Shown piece by piece: positions 1-6,694 of a DNA stretch of 13,132 bases. Source of the DNA: Candidatus Poribacteria bacterium (GTDB taxonomy: Bacteria; Poribacteria; WGA-4E; UBA9662); contig JAYGDX010000095.1 in the NCBI GenBank assembly GCA_046582655.1, forward strand, positions 1 through 13,132, given 5' to 3'. Every line of letters begins with the position of its first letter. The stretch's first letter is position 1. A model generated the notes under the pieces. The model saw only the letters and a program-made list of their open reading frames with translations. It did not search any database and was not told where the DNA came from. The translations under genes and the position numbers were made by a program.

Positions 1-136
1 GGCTGGGTTGAGGAGAAAGGGGGTTGACTTTACCAGAGGTAAGCACGTTACCGAATGTTTTAGATCCCATCAATCCGAGCAAAGCTAGTGAACCAAACCC
101 ATTGGAACACAGGCTTAACATTCGTCGACGCGTCAT
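1..136 (-). CDS. DUF1501-family protein, N-terminal fragment with a probable Tat signal (runs off the window edge)
   Basis: Not in the ORF track. Manual translation from ATG at 136 gives MTRRRMLSLCSNGFGSLALLGLMGSKTFGNVLTSGKVNPLSPQPS. The twin-arginine start, GFGxLAL and NPLxP..P match the typical DUF1501 N-terminus. A GAAAGG RBS lies upstream, and the start is 25 bp downstream of the phyH stop. Confidence 0.75.
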   Translation of the reverse strand, partial: MTRRRMLSLCSNGFGSLALLGLMGSKTFGNVLTSGKVNPLSPQPS

Positions 137-161
137 TTTTGGACCTTTCATAAGTTTAAAA

Positions 162-950
162 TTACTGCCATAACTCACAGCCGTTAAAGGTCATATGTTT
201 CTCTTTAGTATACTTTGGTTTAGATAAATAATTATTCACTCCATCAACTGGACCACCACGCAACATAAAAGCACTGGGCCACTGCCGATCAGACACAATT
301 CGAGTGCTTGAGGGAATATATCGGATTGTTAAACCGCATCTTCTTTTGGCTGATAGGTTTGGATTTGATCCGTGAATGATATTGGGATGATGGACTGACA
401 CATCACCAGCTTCAAGAATGACATCGACAGCCCTGGTTTCATCAACAAGATCCGGATCTATTCCGGAACTGAGCACATTCGGGATATCTTGACGTCTTTT
501 CATCTCTTGTAGTTGGGAATAGTGGGTACCGGGAATAACTCGCATACAACCATTTTCGGCTGTCGATTCATCGACGGCCAGCCAAAGAGTTACTACCTCC
601 ATCGGTTCAAGTGGCCAATAACTGCCGTCCTGATGCCAGAGTACAGGACGACCATCTGACGGAGGTTTGGAGATATAGTGGGAAGCAAACAGCGCAATAT
701 CTTTACCAACAAAGATCTCAGCGATATCGAGCAATCGGTCATCACCAACCAATCGAACCCAAAAAGGATCATCACTCATCAGGAAATGCCCCAAATTCTC
801 TGGGCGAAGATCTGGATTCTTTTCCATCAACCAGCCAACGTGGTTACTGGTTTCCTGCAACAAGTTAGCATCTAGGACATTTGTAAATACCAAATAGCCA
901 TCCTCTTGATATTGTTTGCGTAGTTGTTCCTGTTCTACTGGAGCATACAT
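162..950 (-). CDS. Phytanoyl-CoA dioxygenase (PhyH) family Fe(II)/2-oxoglutarate-dependent dioxygenase
   Basis: 262-aa ORF with Y.EDGYL at the N-terminus, the HxD metal motif (WHQDGSYW), TLWLAVD..T.ENGCMRVIPGTH, a distal His (IIHGS) and the 2OG-binding Arg (RRCG). Substrate unknown. Confidence 0.93.
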   Translation of the reverse strand: MYAPVEQEQLRKQYQEDGYLVFTNVLDANLLQETSNHVGWLMEKNPDLRPENLGHFLMSDDPFWVRLVGDDRLLDIAEIFVGKDIALFASHYISKPPSDGRPVLWHQDGSYWPLEPMEVVTLWLAVDESTAENGCMRVIPGTHYSQLQEMKRRQDIPNVLSSGIDPDLVDETRAVDVILEAGDVSVHHPNIIHGSNPNLSAKRRCGLTIRYIPSSTRIVSDRQWPSAFMLRGGPVDGVNNYLSKPKYTKEKHMTFNGCELWQ

Positions 951-981
951 CGTACTGTGTCCCTACCTACATATATTATAA

Positions 982-989
982 TGTTTTTT
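982..989. repeat. Left copy of the 8-bp IS target-site duplication (TGTTTTTT)
   Basis: Identical to 1755-1762 and directly abuts the left inverted repeat. Confidence 0.8.
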
Positions 990-1754
990 GATAGTGTTAA
1001 AGATGTAATGATTGACTATGGAAATGGACAAAATCTCAAATGGCACCAATGTGGTTGTTTAGTTTTTTGGAAAAAGAAACTGTCTTTCTAACTAATCGGG
1101 CTACTCGTTGACGCAATTTACAGTTGAAGCCTTCGATTCGGTTGGTTTCACCATTCGACTTTCCCGCCGCTCGATGACGTTTGGCTGGCAACACTAATGG
1201 GTAAGCCTTCCAAAAGTCGGTGTAGCAGACGATAAATAGGTAACAAGGATCGCCATAGTGCCTTGGCTCCCTTTTTCGAACGGGCTCCTATAATACAGCC
1301 CTACAATTTGGTGGCCGTCTCTATCCGGGGCTAACCACAACCATCGCTTGTTGTTCTTGTGGCCAACAAAAGTCTACATTTCATCGCATTCGACTGTTAG
1401 GCGCTGTGTTTTTTTGACATTTACCTCTTTGGGAGTTGAGTTGTATTTTTGGTTGACATAGTTTAGTAGCCAAGAGAGTGAGACAGCACAGACTCGGACA
1501 ATTCCGCGCAGGGAGATCTTCTCGCGCAGTAGTTTATCGATTGTTTCCTTGGTCTGTGGATCAATTGTTTTGTGAGTTGGGTTCAGAACGAATTGTCGTT
1601 GGCAAGCGGGACAAAGATAACGTTGTCTACCGTTGTGGATATGTCCGTTTTTAACTACCCACTGACAACCACATTGTACACATTTGGGCAAGATGTTACT
1701 CCTGGTTTTTAGGTCCTAATTTCACCCAATATCCATTACTCTTGGAACACTGCC
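990..1754 (-). mobile_element. IS1-family insertion sequence, 765 bp, full length but inactivated
   Basis: Imperfect terminal inverted repeats: GATAGTGTTAAAGATGTAATG from 990 and GGCAGTGTTCCAAGAGTAATG read on the minus strand from 1754. Flanked by the 8-bp direct repeat TGTTTTTT. Contains an InsA-like zinc-ribbon/HTH region and an InsB-like DDE region. Size and target duplication are typical of IS1. Confidence 0.9.
997..1691 (-). pseudogene. IS1-family transposase (InsAB-type) pseudogene
   Basis: TTG start after an AGGAG RBS, then CxxC...KNG...GRQRYLCxxCxRQF and an HTH. Continues past the track stop as ECDEM*TFVGHKNNKRWLWLAPDR...IVGLY/IGARSKKGAKALWRSL...YR/VCYTDFWKAY...GETNRIEGFNCKLRQRVARLVRKTVSFSKKLNNHIGAI*DFVHFHSQSLHL. 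Two nonsense codons at conserved Trp positions (1374-1376 TAG, 1036-1038 TGA) and two frameshifts (about 1292 and about 1230). Confidence 0.9.
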
Positions 1755-1762
1755 TGTTTTTT
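1755..1762. repeat. Right copy of the 8-bp IS target-site duplication (TGTTTTTT)
   Basis: Identical to 982-989 and directly abuts the right inverted repeat. Confidence 0.8.
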
Positions 1763-1796
1763 TATTAAGCCAGCCATATCTATATTATGTCAATCT

Positions 1797-1839
1797 AAAA
1801 CCTCTGACAACGAAAATCTCTCTGTGAGGGGTTGTTTTC
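1797..1839 (-). terminator. Possible intrinsic terminator after the glycosyltransferase gene
   Basis: The minus strand reads AACCCCTCACA...TGTCAGAGG then TTTT directly after the stop. The stem is imperfect and the loop long. Confidence 0.3.
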
Positions 1840-1842
1840 AAG

Positions 1843-3831
1843 TTAATTTGGAGAATAAGAAGTAATTTCCTCCAAATCCTTTCCATCTGATCGATAAAAT
1901 TTCCGATTGGGGTATTGATCCATCAATAGTTGGTTACGATCTCCTCTATCAATTGCAAAGACAATATCTCCGGTTAGTAGCGAATGGTTTTGAGGAAATA
2001 CACCTCGATAATATCTTTGATCAACGAATATGATGGCGTTGGAAATCTTTTTTGCTTTAGTTGCCTGTAGGGGATCTGTGTTAATATGCGTATAGAAATC
2101 GTTAGCATAGTATTTTTGTATTGGCAGTATATAAAGACCCACCATGAAAGCAAAACACAAAATCAGACTAAAGATTAACGTTATTCTAATTAAACGTTCT
2201 GTGACAGCAATTTGCAATATATCTCGCACAAATTTTGGCGTATAAATTAAACCTCGCACTGTCAGAAGAACAAGAGTTGCAACCGACTCATAAAGGAATC
2301 TCGGGATCAGGTTACTACCTACTGAGTACCAATAGAAGAAATAACCGAAAGCCAGCGTAATCAGAACACTCCCCATCAACAGATCCCAGCGATTTTTCAC
2401 GCCTGATAAAAACAAAACCAGTACAAATATCAGTGATGGTATTGGCCATTCAAATAGACGAAGATTCAAAAAATTCAGACGATCAAAACTGAGAACTAAG
2501 CCGTGTGACGGCGTGTGAACCGTTTGGCCCGGTGGACTCTTCCCAAAACCTGGATTATGTCCCTCTGTAAACTGAACGACGTATCCAAACAACATCGGAT
2601 TCCCATTGGTTACATAATTATAGCTAAGTAGCATAACGATTATCAGAAGCACTGCGGTGGCAAGAGTCAAGAAACAGGCTAAATACATTCTTGGCTTCTT
2701 TATCATTAGGATAACTGAATAAATACAAAAGGGAATCGATACTAAAACAGCAGTAAAGGGCCGTGTACTGGCCATCCATCCAAGTCCAATTCCAGCAATA
2801 AACGAATCTAGCCGTCTTTGTCTGCGGGTAGTCCTGGCAAAAAACAGCATAAACAGAGTGCCACAAAAGAGAGCTGTTGCATGATTCATAAATCCGGAGG
2901 ACATCACTAACAAAAAGGAACAAAAACAGGCCAATATACCTGCCAATTTCCCCGTGTTCTCATCATAGACCTCTTTACCAAGGAAGTAAATTAAGACTAC
3001 AGTAGCTGACCCAAGTATCGGGTTGACCAACCAAGGCGAGCCGATGAGAACACCCAACATTATCATCAATACATGTCCGGGAGGAAAAACAGAGTACCAT
3101 TTCCCGTCTTTCATAATCATGAGTGGATTAAAATCGAAGAATTCCTTGAGTTCGGGTTCGGGAGCATATAATCGACCTGAGGCGAAGATGCGTCCATGAA
3201 ACAGCTGGACCACGCTATCTGTTACGTGCGGCGTTCGATCAAACAGATAATATGATCCAAGATTCGTAAGAAAAAGCGCCAGCAAGAATATAAGAGTGGA
3301 AAAAGCCAAACTGCTTTGTTTTGAAATAAGACGCCAAAACTGATGCGCAATTTCTGCCAACTGGTTTTGGTGAGCCATCCATCGGAGGATAGGATAGAAA
3401 CTGATCATAATCAGGCAAACGCCACCAGATCCGCATATAAGGTACAAAACAGTTGACCATCCTTTCGATAGCGGCCACATGGTGAACAAAAAGAGCATGA
3501 TGACGAATAACCTTTTGGCTACCTGTGGTGGGAGGAAAAAGGAGACCAACACTTGGCGCACACTTTGAAAAGAGAGGGAGATACTAAAACAGACAGCGAT
3601 ACACCAAATCCATGTCTTTATACTGAATTTGACTAACCAATTCAGTGGTTGGAGTTGGATCTGAATCAATGTTTCCAGCCCTTGATATTCAGTTGATACA
3701 TGTGACATAGTCCAAGGATTGATATGTGGAACAACTGTCAGCAAGATTATGCTTCCAACGAATACCAAAATCAGACGAAGACTAATTGAACTTGCCGTGG
3801 TGAGGTGATGCGCTGTTATCATGACCTGCAC
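1843..3831 (-). CDS. Polytopic membrane glycosyltransferase, GT-C fold (ArnT/PMT_2, family 39/83-like)
   Basis: 662 aa with many hydrophobic segments. Loop PHVTDSVVQLFHGRIFASGRLY, WYSVFPPGH, PWLVNPILG, YFLGKEVYD, SGFMNH, TRPFTA, YNYVTNGNP, PRFLYE, and a soluble C-terminal domain (DRGDRNQLLMDQYPNRKFY). The start may be GTG 3831 or ATG 3822. Confidence 0.8.
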   Translation of the reverse strand: MQVMITAHHLTTASSISLRLILVFVGSIILLTVVPHINPWTMSHVSTEYQGLETLIQIQLQPLNWLVKFSIKTWIWCIAVCFSISLSFQSVRQVLVSFFLPPQVAKRLFVIMLFLFTMWPLSKGWSTVLYLICGSGGVCLIMISFYPILRWMAHQNQLAEIAHQFWRLISKQSSLAFSTLIFLLALFLTNLGSYYLFDRTPHVTDSVVQLFHGRIFASGRLYAPEPELKEFFDFNPLMIMKDGKWYSVFPPGHVLMIMLGVLIGSPWLVNPILGSATVVLIYFLGKEVYDENTGKLAGILACFCSFLLVMSSGFMNHATALFCGTLFMLFFARTTRRQRRLDSFIAGIGLGWMASTRPFTAVLVSIPFCIYSVILMIKKPRMYLACFLTLATAVLLIIVMLLSYNYVTNGNPMLFGYVVQFTEGHNPGFGKSPPGQTVHTPSHGLVLSFDRLNFLNLRLFEWPIPSLIFVLVLFLSGVKNRWDLLMGSVLITLAFGYFFYWYSVGSNLIPRFLYESVATLVLLTVRGLIYTPKFVRDILQIAVTERLIRITLIFSLILCFAFMVGLYILPIQKYYANDFYTHINTDPLQATKAKKISNAIIFVDQRYYRGVFPQNHSLLTGDIVFAIDRGDRNQLLMDQYPNRKFYRSDGKDLEEITSYSPN

Positions 3832-3879
3832 TTTTAATTTGGACTTATAAAAATATGATTGTTCAGAAAGAGGACAAGA

Positions 3880-3908
3880 ATTCTATACTTGTTGCTGATA
3901 ATTGACAA
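3880..3908 (-). promoter_or_regulatory. Putative sigma70 promoter for the glycosyltransferase
   Basis: Minus strand TTGTCA (3908-3903), 17 nt, TAGAAT (3885-3880). Each hexamer is a 5/6 match with optimal spacing. Confidence 0.55.
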
Positions 3909-3964
3909 ATCAAATTGTTCTACTAACTTGGTTGAATGGAGGAATCCTCATAGGACTTGGCAGA

Positions 3965-3993
3965 TTGACAATTAGCTGGTTGCATGTCATAAT
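3965..3993 (+). promoter_or_regulatory. Putative strong sigma70 promoter for the plus-strand gene run
   Basis: TTGACA (3965-3970), 17 nt, CATAAT (3988-3993) with an extended -10 TG at 3985-3986. It ends 30 nt before the ATG at 4024. Confidence 0.7.
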
Positions 3994-4023
3994 AATTTTC
4001 AACCTCAAGGGTATGCATCCATC

Positions 4024-5124
4024 ATGAATTTTAGTATTTCAAGAAGACAAATTTCTATAGCAATTATTTTGGCTTTTGTCCTCTTTTTGATTGTATTAGC
4101 GATTAATATAATCCTGCGCCGCGAATCAGAAATCAGACTAATTACGCTTTTACCTAGTCAACCGGTTGGTTATTTATCCGTCAAGGAACTGGGGGGCCTT
4201 GTCAACACTTTTCAACACAGTGATTTTGGCAAAGCGGTTAAACAGGTTCCAATTCTTGATGGTATTCAGCAAAAACCTTGGTGGCAACAGATTCATTATC
4301 AAAAGGAACTTTGGGAGTACGAAATAGGTGCCAAGCTTGATCTTAAATTTCTCGAAAGCTATTTTGGGCGACAAGCTATTCTAGCATTCTATCAAAGTGA
4401 AGAGAAATTATCTTTTTTACTGATCAGCGATGTCGGTGCTAAAGGGATACTTGAAGTTTCAACTATTGTGGCAGCAGGGCCAATCAACTCAAAATATGAA
4501 CGGATCAAGTCGAAACACTTAGGTGTGACAATCAACACAATTACTGGTTATCCACTCGATTTCAGCTACGCTTTTGTTGACACTGTTGGCATATTGTCGT
4601 TCGACGAGTCACTGGTTGAAGATGTCATAAAAATCCATGTTGCTCGGCAGCCGGGTTTTGTGGAGCAGTCCTATACCGATCTGCTAGAACGCTACGATTC
4701 ATCAAAGAATACAGGCTATGTCAACTTTTCAAAAATCTTGCGAAACGTTAAGATTACGCCTATATTTAAGACAGCGCTAACGCCAATCAAGACAATGACT
4801 TTCAGCAATCAACATGAAAATGGCATGATTATTTTCGATAGCCGCTTCACCTTAAATAAACCAATTGATTTGGTAATGGCAACACTCAAAATCCCAAATG
4901 GACAAACTTTTGAAGTTGAACCTAAACAACTCATCGCCGACATTGAGAATTTTTTTCCTATCTTGAAACTTATTGCCTTGGCAAATGGTGTTCAGCTAGG
5001 TAATCAGTGGAAGGATAACCTTCTTGCCAACTTAGCTCCTCTTGAAACACTGGGAACAATGGTTACCCAAATTCAATTTAGTGATCAGTCTGCGACAGCG
5101 ACAATAAAAATTCCGTTGGAGTAA
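4024..5124 (+). CDS. Hypothetical membrane-anchored exported protein (weak resemblance to DUF3352-like proteins)
   Basis: 366-aa ORF with a single N-terminal hydrophobic helix followed by LLPSQPVGYLSVKEL and beta-rich segments. No catalytic motif recognised. Confidence 0.7.
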   Translation: MNFSISRRQISIAIILAFVLFLIVLAINIILRRESEIRLITLLPSQPVGYLSVKELGGLVNTFQHSDFGKAVKQVPILDGIQQKPWWQQIHYQKELWEYEIGAKLDLKFLESYFGRQAILAFYQSEEKLSFLLISDVGAKGILEVSTIVAAGPINSKYERIKSKHLGVTINTITGYPLDFSYAFVDTVGILSFDESLVEDVIKIHVARQPGFVEQSYTDLLERYDSSKNTGYVNFSKILRNVKITPIFKTALTPIKTMTFSNQHENGMIIFDSRFTLNKPIDLVMATLKIPNGQTFEVEPKQLIADIENFFPILKLIALANGVQLGNQWKDNLLANLAPLETLGTMVTQIQFSDQSATATIKIPLE

Positions 5125-5129
5125 AAAAA

Positions 5130-6686
5130 ATGAAAATTCTTAGTATGACCTGCTTCCTTCTTTTTGTGTGTCTGACAGCGATAACCGATGCACGTATCTC
5201 GTCGAGTACCAAACAACTTGATCGTCACATTACAGCAAAAATAAAGGAGGCTAAAATACAACCGTCAGGGAAATCAAATGATACTGAATTTTTAAGACGA
5301 ATCCACTTGGATCTAACCGGGAAAATTCCAACATTGGAGGAGATCGAAGCATTTGAAAAAGCCGGACGAGGCAAACGCCAAAAAAAGATCAACCAATTGC
5401 TGAATAGTGATCTGTACTACGACCACTGGGGACGAATTTGGGTTAAATGGTTAATTAACAGAAACGGGGGCAACCAACAAGTTCGAACTGGTCTGGAAAA
5501 GTGGGTGCGCGATAGTCTGCGAGTCAATAAACCTTACAACCAATTCGTTACGGAGTTACTGACAGCAACCGGCGATACACGTGACAATCCGGCGGGGAAC
5601 TATATACAACGCTATAATCTATCACCAACCAACCTTACATCACACAGTTCGCGACTTTTCCTCGGCTTGCCCATGCAGTGTGCCGAATGTCACGATCACA
5701 AAACTGAACCATGGTATCAAGAAGACTACTACAGCATGGCTTCCTTCTTCACCAACGTTCGTAGTAAGGCTGTTTACGAAAAGAACGATCGTGGACAAGA
5801 CCAACTCGTTAGCTGGGTTTTGAGAGATGAAAATAAGGGATCCATCCGTATGCCTGATTCTAATCAAGAAATTTTCCCACGTTTTCTTGATGGTAACATA
5901 TATCGAGGGGTGGCGCAGAAAAAGCGTGAGGCCTTGAGCAAGTGGGTCACTGACCGAAAGAACCCATATTTCAGTCCAGCGATCGTAAACCGGATCTGGT
6001 CTCAGTTTATGGGCAGAGGGTTTGTGGAACCACTGGACGCATTTGGGGAAGAACATCCGTCGACACATCCAGAACTCTTGGATTGGTTGGCAGAAGACTT
6101 TGCTAGATATGGATATAACCTCCAGCATCTGATGAAGACCATTCTTAATTCAGATGCCTACCAGCGCACATCGGCCAAAAATTCGAAGAATGAAGACGAC
6201 AAATACTACTATTCACACGCCTATATAAAGCCGTTAAGTGCAGAACAGTTTTTTTATTCTATGCTGGAAGCCACCGGTTTTGAGCGTCTGCAGAAAAGAC
6301 GTGATAAAAACCAGCTTGAATCGATGAAACGGAACTATCTTCGTCGATTCATCTACTTACTTGACAATGGGGAAATGGAAGAAATTGAAGCCTTCAACGG
6401 TACAGTACCACAAGCTTTAATGATGATTAACGGTCCTTTGGTTAATGATAGTGGAGATCACCGTCAACGTGGAAGCCTTATCAATTACATCTTAAAAAAC
6501 TACCGCACGACAAAAGATCGGATGAAGCGGATCTATCTGACGGTACTCTCACGCAAACCGACCTCAAAAGAAATGACACATTTTGAACGGTATATGAAGC
6601 GAAGTTTGTATAACGATAAAAAACTTGCTTATGAAGATCTGTATTGGGTGCTATTGAACTCCGCCGAATTTGCCCTTAACCATTAG
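5130..6686 (+). CDS. DUF1549/DUF1553 (PSCyt2/PSD1) domain protein with Sec signal and one CxxCH motif
   Basis: EFLRRIHLDLTGKIPT, NKPYNQFVTELLTA, FLGLPMQCAECHDH, EDYYSMASFF, NPYFSPAIVNRIWSQFMGRGFVEP, THPELLDWLAEDF, LSAEQ, PQALMMING and WVLLNSAEF are the hallmark motifs of the family. Confidence 0.93.
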   Translation: MKILSMTCFLLFVCLTAITDARISSSTKQLDRHITAKIKEAKIQPSGKSNDTEFLRRIHLDLTGKIPTLEEIEAFEKAGRGKRQKKINQLLNSDLYYDHWGRIWVKWLINRNGGNQQVRTGLEKWVRDSLRVNKPYNQFVTELLTATGDTRDNPAGNYIQRYNLSPTNLTSHSSRLFLGLPMQCAECHDHKTEPWYQEDYYSMASFFTNVRSKAVYEKNDRGQDQLVSWVLRDENKGSIRMPDSNQEIFPRFLDGNIYRGVAQKKREALSKWVTDRKNPYFSPAIVNRIWSQFMGRGFVEPLDAFGEEHPSTHPELLDWLAEDFARYGYNLQHLMKTILNSDAYQRTSAKNSKNEDDKYYYSHAYIKPLSAEQFFYSMLEATGFERLQKRRDKNQLESMKRNYLRRFIYLLDNGEMEEIEAFNGTVPQALMMINGPLVNDSGDHRQRGSLINYILKNYRTTKDRMKRIYLTVLSRKPTSKEMTHFERYMKRSLYNDKKLAYEDLYWVLLNSAEFALNH

Positions 6687-6694
6687 TTAGCAGA

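Noticed and set aside
593..875. Short ORFs 593-775, 611-868 and 678-875
   Set aside because: They are shadow ORFs inside the well-supported phyH gene and have no recognisable motifs.
1036..1376. Stop-codon recoding (TAG and TGA both at conserved Trp positions of the transposase)
   Set aside because: Each is one transition from TGG, the same gene also has frameshifts, and TAG and TGA act as normal stops for intact genes here (6686 and 8470).
2624..3478. ORFs 2624-2923 and 3239-3478
   Set aside because: Alternative frames within the intact glycosyltransferase, with no independent evidence.
3902..3930. Second plus-strand promoter from TTGACA at 3902
   Set aside because: No good -10 at 16-18 nt spacing (best is TAACTT). 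The site fits better as the minus-strand -35.
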